Assembly (NCBI RefSeq): GCF_963921235.1
Contig: NC_086108.1
Coordinates: 9,858,001-9,922,000 of the forward strand
DNA: 64,000 nucleotides
Origin: Mobula hypostoma
Lineage: Eukaryota
Direction of reading: 5' to 3'
The notes under the pieces were generated by a model. That model did no database searches and was not told the DNA's origin. It saw nothing but the letters and a program-made list of their open reading frames with translations. Both the position numbers and the translations under genes were made by a program. Shown here in pieces: positions 38,510 through 51,169 of this stretch (the first letter of the stretch is position 1; each line of letters begins with the position of its first letter).

Positions 38510-38796
38510 TGTGGTGACCCACTTTCTAGCACACACGAACCGGCTCACGAAACAGCGCGCGCAGGCAGAGGGCCGGTGCCAAAAAGGGCGCCAGGCCACC
38601 TTCACCAGCAGGGGGAAAATCCCGCGCGCGGAAAGGGTCTGGGAATATGCATTCCCCACAGCAGTCCTGCCCAGGGAGGGCGGGAACGGGAAGGCTTTAA
38701 AGCAGGCCGCGAAGTTTGAATAAATCTCTTTCATCGCAACTCCAACTCACCGACTACGTGTGGTTTTTTTAGCGCTGTGTGTAGCACACCGCTACA
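38510..38796 (+). mobile_element. Short CpG-rich solo LTR (287 bp, 4-bp TSD)
   Basis: TGTGGTG...CGCTACA termini. CTGC TSD at 38506-38509 and 38797-38800. Internal TTTAAA followed by AATAAA. Confidence 0.82.
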
Positions 38797-40294
38797 CTGC
38801 AATGTAGAGGCAGCGTGGATAATTTATTCATTATATTTCCAAGGGAGCATCGGTGGCTCTACTGAGTGACATTCTCAAAGGGAGGACCCCACAATTTGTG
38901 CTAACTGTGCATCCACTTAAATGGCAAGGTTCAAATAAATTTATTATGAAAGTACATTTGCATCATTATATACAAACCTGTGGTTCAGTTTCTTGTGGGA
39001 CTATCCAACAAATCTTTAGAATAATAACCATTAATAACAATCAATGAAAAACTGCCCAACAAAGGTGTTCAACCAGAGTGTAGAAGACAACAGACTGCAA
39101 ATATAAAGAGAAAGAAATAATAATAATAAATAAATAAATAAATAAGCAATAAATATTGATAACATGAGATGAAGAGCCCTTGAAAGTGAGTCTATTGGTT
39201 GTGGGAACATTTCATGATGGGGTGAGTGAAGTTGAGTGAAGTTATCCCCTTTGATTCAGGAGCCTGATGGTTGTGGGGTAATAACTGTTCCTGAACCTGG
39301 TGGTGTGGGACCTGAGGCTCCTGTGCCTTCTTCCTGATGGCAGCAATGGAAGAGAGCATGGCTTGGGTGGTGATCTCTGATGATGGATGCTGCTTTCTTA
39401 TGACAGCATTTCATGTAGATTTGCTCAATGGTGGGGAGGGTTTTACTTGTGATGACTGTGCCGTATCAATTACTTTTTGTAGGATTTTCCATTCAAGGGT
39501 ATTGGTGTTCCCGTACCAGGCTGTGATGCAGCCAGTCAGTATACTCTCCACTGCACATCTATAGAAGTTTGACAAAGCAATACAAGTAACACGTAATTCC
39601 TGAGCCTATCAAAATAAACTTAAACAGAAAGCACCAGGAGACTGCATTACGAAGAGTGAGCCACTTGAGAAAAATACGAGAAACTCTAAACGATTAATGA
39701 CTGTTTAAACAGCAGTTAACAAATTCAGGCACTCTTGGAGGCCAACACTCTCCAGCGCCCCACATAGGCCCAAAGTGCTAATTGCAGGCTCTTTAATTAA
39801 GATGGAGACCCAAGAGGCTGGAGGTGCTCGAATCTATAGCAACAGACTAGATACTTGAGGAATTCAGCAGGTCTGGCAACATCTGTTGAGGCAGACATTT
39901 TGCATCACGCCCCTTACCAGACTTGATGTCCACTATTCCTTCACCTCCACGGATGCTGCCTGACCTGCTGAGTTCCTCCACTCCGGCAGATCTTTCTTGT
40001 TTGACTCTATAATAAATATCCAAGATGTCAATCTCAGAGCTGAAGGGAACTTTGAAGGAACTGACTGGTATTTGTTGAAATTAAGCTGTCAGGTTCCTGC
40101 TCTGAAATCATGTGGTGTATCTGCCAAACAAATCTGCAAGTTAGGACTTAAATACCAATCACATTTTTACCAGGTCAGGGTTTGTAATCCCATCAAAAAT
40201 TTCCAGCAGGATGACATTTCATTAGCGCTAAATCACCTTTCAAATAATGGACAGGATGACACGATGATTTGCTCAATATCTTTGATAAGGTAAG

Positions 40295-43200
40295 ATTGCC
40301 TTTTTCTTCTCAACTAATTTTACGGAAGAAATTTCCAGTGGGATATTACAGGACACTTTTAAAGTATATATCCGTGGGCAAATAATTTCATATTCTGCTG
40401 GATTGAAAAAACAAATTAATAATGAAATACGTACATTAGTTGATAAGGTTAAAGAAATTGATAAAAAATATTCTGCTGCTCCTAATTTGGAGCTTTACAA
40501 AAAGAGAGTTGAACTTCAGATGCAACACAGTTTGTTACTAACATCCCCAATTGATAATCAATTATTAAAAACAAGAGTCAATTTTATATACATGGTGATA
40601 AATCGGGTAAATTACTGGCCAACCAATTGAAAGCTGTTTCGGCTAAACGTCAGATTATTAAAGTTGGTAAACGGGATGGTACTTTGACAGTTGACCACGA
40701 CGAAATTAATAAATCTTTTCAAGAATTCTATACCTCTTTATACCAATCAGAATTTCCTGATGATTCTACCCCATAATGCATGAATTTTTAAGAAAACTGA
40801 ATATTCCGAAATTACCACTTAATGAATGTTTATCACTAGATGCACCCATTACAGAAGAAGAAATAAAGAAAGCAATTTCCTTGATGAATTCTGATAAAGC
40901 ACCCAGCCTGGATGGATATATAGTAGAATTTTAAAAATCTTTTTCAAGTCTACTTTCTCCTTGATTATGTAAAATTTTTAAGGATGCCTTATTTGTAGGT
41001 AAATTACCACAATCTTTTTATGAAGCAGCTTTACTTTCTAAAAAAGATAAAGGCCCCATTGAATGTGCATCATATAGACCTATATCCTTGTTAAATGTGG
41101 ACTCCAAAATTTTTTCCAAAATATTAGCAATTAGATTGGAAAATGCATTGCCACAAATTGTCTCTGACGACCAGACAGGATTTATTCGTATTTTAATGTT
41201 AGGAGGTTGATGAACATTGTACACACTTCTTCATCTAAACTCTAGAATGTGTTATTTCACATGGCGCCGAGAAAGTGTTTGATAGAGTTGGATGGGAATA
41301 TTTATTTAACATCCTTGAGAAATTTACTTTTAGCCCAAAATTCATATCTTGGATTAAATTGTTATATCATATACCTTTGGCTTCTGTACTTACCAATAAT
41401 CAGAGATCCCTTTTTTTTAGGCTTTTTCGAGGTACTAGACAAGGCTGTCCTTTATCTTATTTATAGGCATCCGTTAGTCTCATGAGACCATGGATTTGCA
41501 CCTTGGAAGGTTTCCAGGGTGCAGGCCTGGGCAAGGTTGTGTGGAAGACCAGAAGTTGCTCATGCTGCAAGTCTCCCCTCTCCACGCCACCGATGTTGTC
41601 CAAGGGAAGGGCATTAGGACCCATACAGCTTGGCACCAGTGTCGTCGCAGAGCAATGTGTGATTAAGTGCCTTGCTCAAGGACACACACGCTGCCTCAGC
41701 CAAGGATCGAACTAGCGACCTTCAAATCACTAGACGAATGCCTTAACCACTTGGCCACGCGCTGTCCTTTAAGCCCTTTACTATTTGATTTTGGAGCCCT
41801 TGGCAATCGCTCTTCATGATTCACCCAATATATTTGGCATTATTTGTGGGAATGAGACGCATAAGGTAACATTATATGCAGATGACCTGTTACTACATAT
41901 CTCTAATCCAGAGAAATCCATCCCTGCAGTAATATTACTACTTGCTCAGTTTAGGTAGTTTTTCTGGCTATAAATTGAATCTTAATAAGAGTGAGCTTTT
42001 TCTATTAAATATGCAAGTTCCAATCTATAGACAATCATCATTTAGACTGGTTACTGATTATTTTACTTATTTGGGTGTTGAAATTACTAAGAAGCATAAG
42101 GATTTATTCAAAGTTAATTTTTTACCCTTAATTGATCTTGTTAACCAACTGCTTACTAAATGGTCCCCATTGTCTCAATCATTGATTGGTCGAATCAATG
42201 CTATTAAGATGATTATTTTACCTGAATTTCTGTATCTATTTCAGGCGGTACCAATCTTCATCTCTAAATCCTTTTTTGATATTATTGATTCTAAAATTTC
42301 TTCATATATATAACAGAATAAAAATCCTAGGTTAAGTAAGAAATATTTACAGAAATCAAAAAAGGATGGCGGTTTGGCATTGCCGAACTTTAGATTCTAT
42401 TATTGGGCAATTAATATTCGATATCTAACGTTCTGGACACAGGATTTGGATGAAATTCAGTGTCCACGATGGGTGAACCTTGAGTGAGAGTCTGTACAGG
42501 GGTTCTCACTGGCTTCTATTTCAGGGGCTTCGCTTCCCTTTGCACTTACTAAACTGAATAAACAAATGATTAATCCAATAACTGAACATACAATACGAAT
42601 ATGGTTTCAATTTCCTAAATTTTTTGGATTGAGTAAATTTATCCTATCAAGTCCTATTATATCCAATTTTTTCTTCCAACCATCCAGAACTGATCGAGCT
42701 TTTCTTTTATGGAAAACAAAGAGAATAATATGTTTTTGTGATTTATTCATAGATAATTGTCTCATGTCCTTTGAACAGTTGTCTAATAAATATAATTTGG
42801 CTAGATCACATTGTTTCAGATATTTACAGATTAGAAACTTTTTTTTAGGCTATTTTACCTACTTTTCCGATATCACATCAAACTGAAATTACAGAAAATT
42901 TCTTAGGTTTAAACCCTTATCAGAAGAGTTTGATAGCAATTGTTTATGATTTAATTAGGAAAACAAGTTTAGGTATGTCTGATAAAATTAAGAATGCATG
43001 AGAAAGAGAACTTCAGGCATCTTTACCGATAGAGAAATGGGAGAAAATTCTCCAACTAGTTAACACTTCTTCAATGTGTGCTAGACACGCTTTGATACAA
43101 CTTAAGGTGGTTCATAAGGCCCATATGTCTAAGGATAAGTTAGCTCATTTTTATGGTCATATAAATCCTGTCTGTGACAGATGTAATTCTGAGGTAGCTT

Positions 43201-43878
43201 CCTTGACACATATGTTCTGGCCTTGCCCTCTTTTGGAAAAATATTGGAAAGACATTTTTGATATTATTTCAGTAGTTTTGCGTATTGATTTACAACCTCA
43301 TCCTATTACTGCAATATTTGGACTACCAGTGATGGACTCCAGTCATTTGTCCCCTTCAGTTCGTCGTTTGATTGCATTTGTTACATTAATAGCCAGAAGA
43401 TCCATTTTATTTAAATGGAAAGATTCTAATCCCCCTACTACATTTCAATGGTTTTCCCAAACTGTAACATGTTTAAACTTGGGAAAAATTAGGAGTGATC
43501 CTTCGGTTAAATTTGAAGAAACTTGGAGGCCATTTATTCAACATTTTCATATGATGTAAGCTGACCCTTTCTGAATCCTTTTTAATAACTTTTTGTTTGT
43601 GTATAGAGGCGCAGAGTTAATGACGAATAATGATCTTAACCGATGAAATATGGCAACCCAGTCTTTGTTTTGTTTTTTTTAGTGTAGAGGGAAAAAACGT
43701 TTTAAAACATCTATTTCATGTTCAGTTATTAAGAGATTGGGAGGTTTAAATTAAATATGTTACTTGGAGTCTGTATCTGTATATGTTAACCGATATTAAT
43801 GTAATCCTGATCTCTTTGTATTATTATCATTGTTATGTTTATCAATTTGAAACTCAAAGAAAAAGATTGGAAAAGAAA
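40295..43878 (+). mobile_element. 5'-truncated fish-type L1 LINE (ORF2 RT plus C-terminal zinc knuckle), decayed
   Basis: GDKSGKLLANQL, YRPISLLNVDSKI, DQTGFI, RGTRQGCPL, LYADDLL, FSGYKLNLNKSE, GRINAIKM, GGLALPN and CDRC...HMFWPC. AT-rich with an A-rich tail. Confidence 0.93.
41455..41760 (-). mobile_element. tRNA-derived SINE inserted in the L1 RT
   Basis: Minus strand has A box TGGCCAAGTGG, B box GTTCGATCC and central CCTTGAGCAAGGCACTTAA. 11-bp TSD GCTGTCCTTTA at 41444-41454 and 41761-41771. Confidence 0.92.
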
Positions 43879-44013
43879 GGTGAGGTGTCACTTGATTATA
43901 GTCGGCAATCCACTCAATTTGTATGGAGACAATTGGATAGTCGACACAGGTAAAGGATGTACCGCAATTATTTTGCTTTTTATGCCATACTTATTTAATG
44001 TAATTATTTTATG

Positions 44014-45608
44014 CAGTGCCCATAAAAGTATTCACCCCCTTTGGAAGTTGTCATGTTTTATTCTTTTACAACATAGAATTACAGTAGATCTGATTTGTTT
44101 TTTTTGACACTGATCAACAGGCTCTTTCATGTCAAACTGAAAACAGATCTCTACAAAGTGATCCAAATTAATTACAATTATAAAACAAAATAATTGATTG
44201 CATAAGTATTCACCCCTCTTTAAAATGACACACCAAATCATCACTGGTGCAGCCAATTAGTTAACATAATTAGTTAGATAGAGAGCTGTTTTTGGAGACC
44301 TGGGTGCTGTCAAGGTATTTCAAATGATTGTAGTAAAGCTACATCTATATCTGGAAGACTCATCTGTTGATGAGTCAATATCATGGCAAAATCCACCATG
44401 AAGACAAAATAATCCTCCAAGCAACTCTGTGAAAAGGTTATTGAAAAGCACAAGTCAGGAGATGGATACAAGAACATTTCCAAGTCACTGAATATCCCTT
44501 GGAGTACAGTTAAGTCAATCATCAGGACTGTAAATCTGCCTAGAGCAGGCCATCCTCAAAAACTGAGTGACCGTGCAAGAAGGGGGCCAGTGAGGGAGGC
44601 CACCAAGAGACCTATGACAACTCTGGAGGAGTTACAAGCTTCAGTGGCTGAGATGGGAGAGACTGCACATACAACAACTGTTTCCCGGGTGCTTCACTGG
44701 TCACAGCTTTATGGGAGAGTGGCAAAGACAGAGCCACTGTTGAAAAAAACTCACATGAAATCTCAACTAGAGTTTGCCAGAAGGCATGTGGAAGAGTTTG
44801 AAGTCAGCTGAAAGAAGACTTTATGGTCTGATGACACCAAAATTGAATTTTTTGGACATCACACTAAACATTATGTTTGGCGTAAGCCAAACACTGCACA
44901 TGGTTAAAAACACACCGTCTCTACTGTGAAGCATGCTGGTGGCTGTATCATGCTATGGGGATGGTTCACTGCAGCAGGCCCTGGAAGGCTTGTGAAGGTA
45001 GAGGGTAAAATGCAGCAAAATACGGGGAAATCCTGAAGGAAAACCCTGATGCAGTCTGCAAGAGAACTGTCACTTGGGAGAAGATTTGTTTTCCAGCAAG
45101 ACAAAGACCCCAAGCATAAAGCCAAAGCTACACAGGAATGGCTTAAGAACAACAAAGTTAATGTCCTGGAGTGGCCAAGTCAGAGTCCAGACCTCAATCC
45201 AATTGAGAATTTATGGCTGGACTTGAGAAGGGCTGTTCACTCACAATCCCCATGCGACTTGACAAAGCTTGAGCAGTTTTGTAAAGAAGATTGGGGAAAA
45301 TTTGCAGTGTCCGGATGTGCAAAGCTGATAGAGACCTATCCACACAGACTCAAGGCTGTCATTGCTGCCAGAAGTAATAAATTCTGACTTGAAGGGGGTG
45401 AATACTTATGCAACCAATTATTTTCTGTTTTATATTTGTAATTAATTTAGATCACTTTGTACAGATTTGGTTTGACATCAAAATGTCTTTTTCTGTTGAT
45501 CAGTGTCAAAACAAACCAAATGAAATCCACTGTGAATCAATGTCATAAAACAATAAAACATTTAAACTTCCAAGGGGAGGAGGATGTGAATACTTTTTAT
45601 AGGCACTA
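44014..45608 (+). mobile_element. Tc1 DNA transposon (DD34E), near full length, transposase pseudogenised
   Basis: Long imperfect TIRs of about 200 bp starting CAGTGCCCATAAAAGTATTCAC. Motifs GDGYKNISK, WSDDTKIEFFG, FQQDKDPKH and WPSQSPDLNPIENLW, with 34 residues between D and E. Stops and frameshifts present. Confidence 0.95.
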
Positions 45609-45638
45609 TCTATAATAAATATCACACACGCACGCGGG

Positions 45639-45680
<42 letters not shown>

Positions 45681-46205
45681 GGCCACTTTCTAAGGGTCCA
45701 GAGGTTCACTTATGATCAAAATATGTATGTAGTATACATCTCTGAGATTCACCTTCTTCAGATAGACACAAAATAAAGAAAATCATTGAGGTCATTCAAA
45801 GGAAACATCAAACCCACCCCCACTCAAAAAAGAATGGCAACAAGATCACCAACCCCCGCAAATACCCTCCCCATACAAAAAACAAACAAAATGCACGAAG
45901 AACAGACTCCTAAGCCCCACTCCCCCGCACAAAAAAACAACAAAGTGCAACAAGATCAACACCCAAACCCCTCCCCTGGCACAAAAACTGATAAAGAACG
46001 GTGAAAACGCAGAATGTAAAAACCGTAAGACTGAAGAAGCCCACAGTTACATCCTCCAACATTATGGAAAGAGAGAGACACCAACTGAATGCAGAAGCAG
46101 CAGACAGATCTGTCCCATCAGTGGTTCAAAAGACAGGCAATTGGCACTATACCCCCGAATGTCTTTCTCATTTGCTGCTGTACAAGGTAGCTCCTGTACC
46201 TATTT

Positions 46206-46592
46206 GGGTGGCGTGGTGTAGATAGGTCTCTACCAAAGCAAGTGTAAAGCACTCCTTCCCTCTGCTAGCCTGCAGGTCACCCTTGGGCAAGGCGTAGCAC
46301 CTCCCACCCCCCAGGCAGGGTCATGTGAAGCCACGGGTGCAGGTGGTGGATGGTTGTATGAGCAGTCAATGCTTACCACAAGTCTGGTTATGCAGCCACT
46401 GATGCCAGGTACACAATCTCCGAAGAGTATTGATATATGTCTGGGGTCACCCCTCTTGTAAAGACACTGACCAGAAGAAGACGAAGGCAAAGGCAAACCA
46501 CTTTTGTGGAAAAATTTGCCAAGAACAATCTGGTCATGGAAAGAGCATGATCACCCATGTCATACAACATGGTACTTTATGAACGAATGAAA
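46206..46592 (+). mobile_element. SINE-like retroposon with RTE-type 3' tail
   Basis: The tail CATGATCACCCATGTCATACAACATGG...GAACGAATGAA resembles the 3' ends of RTE-mobilised elements. Confidence 0.4.
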
Positions 46593-47402
46593 AAACGAGC
46601 GTGATCAATAAATGTATCTGAAGCTGGAAGACAAAGAAGACCTCTCCCCAGCACATGACACCACCCCTGATAGTCTGTGGTGGATGTCCTTGCTGATAAA
46701 GTAACCAGGACACATCTTCCAAATTGTAACCAGGATGTTAAGTTGGATGTTTGCTGCTATCTCTGAACACATCAAATGTTCAAAGTTTCATTTATTATCA
46801 AAGTATACAACTCTGAAATTCTTCTTCTCCAGGTAGCCATGAAACCAAGAAAGAAAAGAACGGCAGCACAATCATCAACCCCCAAATCCCTCCTCCTGCA
46901 CAAGAAAAAACAAACAATACGGAACAGGCACATCAATCCCCAAATCCCTCCTCCACCGCACAAAAAACAAACAAAATGGAACAGGCACCCTGATCCCCAA
47001 ATCCCCCTCCCCACACAAAAAAAGAGAAAGACTGGGTGAAAAACACAGAATATAAAAACCTGTAAGACTGAAAAAGAGTCTATAGTCCAAGTCCACATCC
47101 AAAACGCAGAGAATCTTGGCAATACTCTCTGCACACAGGGGCAGGTTCTCTCCTCCCCGGTAGCAGAGTGATCAAGATGCAGGCAGCTGGCGTTCACCCT
47201 ATGCACTCATCTCGATGCTTCAGTCTCCATTGTCGTTTTAATCAGCGCACAATGGAAGTTTTAACTGGCAAAATGGAGTCAAACATTGGCTTGCACCCTG
47301 TCCTGCAGCCTGCCCGCCACGAGGCTCGCGCACGCTGTCTCTGTCTCCCAGAATCCTTTTGGAGGCTACAGAGTGTAGAAACACTCAAATGATCTCCAAG
47401 CT

Positions 47403-47890
47403 TTCTCATCGCTTCAATCTCCCTCATCGTTTCAAACTCCCTCATCACTTCAATCTCCCTCATCGTTCCAATCTCCCTCATCGTTCCAATCTCCCTCATC
47501 ATTTCAATCTCCCTCATTGTTCCAATCTCCCTCATCGTTCCAATCTCCCTCATCATTTCAAACTCACTCATTGTTCCAATCTCCCTCATTGTTTCAAACT
47601 CCCTCATCGTTCCAATCTCCCTCATCGTTCCAATCTCCCTCATCGTTTCAATCTCCCTCATTGTTCCAATCTCCCTCATCGTTCCAATCTCCCTCATCAT
47701 TTCAAACTCACTCATTGTTCCAATCTCCCTCATTGTTTCAAACTCCCTCATCGTTCCAATCTCCCTCATCGTTTCAATCTCCCTTATCGTTTCAATCTCC
47801 CTCATTGTTTCAAACTCCCTCATTGTTCCAATCTCCCTCATCACTTCAATCTCTCCCTCATCGTTCCAGTCTCCCTCATCACTTCAATCC
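47403..47890. repeat. 18-bp minisatellite (~27 copies)
   Basis: Unit CTCCCTCATCGTTCCAAT. Produces the spurious (MREIGT)n ORFs. Confidence 0.96.
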
Positions 47891-48426
47891 GTGAACAATG
47901 GAAGCTTTAATCAGTGAAATGGAGTTGAACATTGGCTCACCTCCCAGAATCTTGGAGGTTGCAGAGTGCTGGAACACTCAGATGATCTCCAAACAGCAAA
48001 CCAGAGGCTCCAAGAGTTCCAGAATCACATCCGAGACGAAAAGCAAATGTAAAAGATACCAAAGAAGTAAAATAAATGGTTTCATGATCTATCCAGAAGA
48101 TATTGACCAAAGGAACGTTATACGCAGGCACCATCTTGACCGGATGTCAGTACAAGGATTTTGTTTGTAACACTCTCACACTGATTGTGCTTGAGTTAAA
48201 AGCATCTATCCTGGACCCAAAGCAGTTTCAAAGAAGGCTTGACAGTGGTTATATTTCATTTGGAGTTTGAGGATATTTAGTATGTCATCAATACGCTCAC
48301 AGATTTCTACAGATGTACTGTGGAGAGTTTTCTAACTGGCTGCATCACCGCCTGCGTGGTGGGGGGAACTGCACAGGGTTGAAAGAAGCTTCAGAGAGTT
48401 GTAAACTCAGTCAGCTCCATCATGGA

Positions 48427-50871
48427 GATTGGGAGGCAGATTTTGGAAAGGTGCAGAAATAACAGGGTTGTTATCATGGGTGACTTTAACTTCCCTAATA
48501 TTGATTGGCACCTGATTAGTTCCAAGGGTTTAGATGGGGCAGAGTTTGTTAAGTGTGTCCAGGACAGATTCCTGTCACAGTATGTGGACAGGCTGACTAG
48601 GGGGAATGCCATACTAGATCTAGTACTAGGTAATGAACCGGGTCAGGTCACAGATCTCTCAGTGGCTGAGCATCTGGGGGACAGTGACCACTGCTCCCTG
48701 GCCTTCAGCATTATCATGGAAAAGGATAGAATCAGAGAGGACAGGAAAATTTTTAATTGGGGAAGGGCAAATTATGAGGCTATAAGGCTAGAACTTGTGG
48801 GTGTGAATTGGGATGATGTTTTCACAGGGAAATGTACTATGGACATGTGGTCGATGTTTAGAGATCTCTTGCAGGATGTTAGGGATAAATTTGTCCCAGT
48901 GAGGAAGATAAAGAATGGTAGGGTGAAGGAACCATGGGTGACAAGTGAGGTGGAAAATCTAGTCAGGTGGAAGAAGGCAGCATACATGAGGTTTAGGAAG
49001 CAAGGATCAGATAGGTCTATTGAGGAATATAGGGAAGCAAGAAAGGAGCTTAAGAAGGGGCTGAGAAGAGCAAGAAGGGGTCAAGAGAAGGCCTTGGCGA
49101 GTAGGGTAAAGGAAAACCCCAAGGCATTCTTCAATTATGTGAAGAAAAAAAGGATGACAGGATTGAAGGTAGGACCGATTAGAGATAAAGGTGGGAAGAT
49201 ATGCCTGGAGGCTATGGAAGTAAGCGAGGTCCTCAATGAATACTTCTGTTCGGTATTCACCAATGAGAGGGAACTTGATGATGGTGAGGACAATATGAGT
49301 GAGGTTGATGTTCTGGAGCATGTTGATATTAAGGGAGGGGAGGTGTTGGAGTTGTTAAAATACATTAGGACGGATAAGTCCCCGGGGCCTGACCGAATAT
49401 TCCCCAGGCTGCTCCACGAGGCGAGGGAAGAGATTGCTAAGCCTCTGGCTAGGATCATTATGTCCTTGCTGTCCACGGGAATGGTACCGGAGGATTGGAG
49501 GGAAGTGAATGTTGTCCCCTTGTTCAAAAAAGGTAGTAGGGATAGTCCGGGTAATTATAGACCACTGAGCCTTACGTCTGTGGTGGGAAAGCTGTTGGAA
49601 AAGATTCTTAGAGATAGGATTTATGGGCATTTAGAGAATCATGGTCTGATCAGGGACAGTCAGCATGGCTTTGTGAAGAGCAGATCATGTCTAACAAGCC
49701 TGATAGAGTTCTTTGAGGAGGTGACCGGGCATATAGATGAGGGTAGTGCAGTGGATGTGATCTACATGGATTTTAGTAAGGCATTTGACAAGGTTCCGCA
49801 TGGTAGGCTTATTCAGAAAGTCAGAAGGCATGGGATCCAGGGAAGTTTGGCCAGGTGGATTTAGAATTGGCTTGCCTGCAGAAGGCAGAGGGTCATCGTG
49901 GAAGGAGTACATTCAGATTGGAGGGTTGGGACTAGTGGTGTCCAACAAGGATCTGTTCTGGGACCTCTTGTTCTTGGCAAGTTTGCAGATGACACAAAGG
50001 TTGGTGGTTTTGTAGATAGTGTAGAGGATTGTCGAAGATTGCAGAGAGACATTGATAGGACGCAGAAGTGGTCTGAGAAGTGGCAGATGGAGTTCAACCC
50101 AGAGAAGTGTGAGGTGGTACACTTTGGAAGGACAAACTCCAAGGCAGAGTACAAAGTAAATGGCAGGATATTTGGTAGTGTGGAGGAGCAGAGGGATCTG
50201 GGGGTACATGTCCACAGATCCCTGAAAGTTGTGTCACAGGTGGATAGGGTAGTTAAGAAAGCTTATTGGCTGTTAGCTTTCATAAGTTGAGTGATAGAGT
50301 TTAAGAGTCACGATATAATGATGCAGCTCTATAAAACTCTGGTTAGGCCACACTTGGAGTACTGTGTCCAGTTCTGGTCGCCTCACTATAGGTAGGATGT
50401 GGAAGCATTGAAAAGGGTACAGAGGAGATTTACCAGGATGCTGCCTGGTTTAGAGAGTATGCATTATGATCAGAGATTAAGGGAGCTAGGGCTTTACTCT
50501 TTGGAGAGAAGGAGGATGAGAGGAGACATGATAGAGGTGTACAAGATAATAAGAGGAATAGATAGTGTGGATAGCCAGCGCCTCTTCCCCAGGACACCAC
50601 TGCTCAATACAAGAGGACATGGCTTTAAGGTAAGGGGTGGGAAGTTCAAGGGGGATATTAGAGGAAGGTTTTTTAGTCAGAGAGTGGTTGGTGCGTGGAA
50701 TGCACTGCCCGAGTCAATGGTGGAGGCAGATACACTAGTGAAGTTTAAGAGACTACTAGACAGGTATATGGAGGAATTTAAGTTGGGGGCTTATATGGGA
50801 GGCAGGGTTTGAGGGTCGGCACAACATTGTGGGCCGAAGGGCCTGTACTGTGCTGTACTATTCTATGTTCT
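48427..50871 (+). mobile_element. 5'-truncated CR1 LINE inserted in a Rex1 fragment
   Basis: 480-aa open stretch with MGDFNFP, SDH, KSPGPD, NYRPLSL, SQHGF and DFSKAFDKV. Deletion between GSVLGPL and KFADD. ATGGA flanks at 48422-48426 and 50872-50876, across which the host Rex1 sequence rejoins. Confidence 0.95.
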
Positions 50872-51169
50872 ATGGACACCAGCCTCCCCAGCATCCAGGA
50901 CATCCTCAAGGAGCGATGCCTCAAAAAGGAGGCATCCATCATTAAGGACCCCCATCACCCAGGACATGCCCCCTTTGCTTTGCTACCATCAGCGGGGAGG
51001 TACAGAAGGCTGAAGACACACACTCAATGATTCAGGAACAGCTTCTTCCCCTCTGACATCCGATTTCTGAACGGACATTGAACCCATGAACACGACCTCA
51101 CTACTTGCGACATAGGGGACAGCAGAGCTTTGTTTCCAGGTGAGCTCAAAGCCTTCTATGCTCTCTTGA

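Noticed and set aside
41690..41760. tRNA gene
   Set aside because: The A/B boxes belong to a SINE head within a TSD-flanked insertion, and no complete cloverleaf acceptor stem is evident.
47242..47910. (MREIGT)n and (HRSNLP)n repeat proteins
   Set aside because: An 18-bp tandem repeat open in several frames on both strands.
48422..49864. 480-aa ORF as an active reverse transcriptase gene
   Set aside because: 5'-truncated, stops before the catalytic FADD motif, and has a downstream deletion in the RT core.
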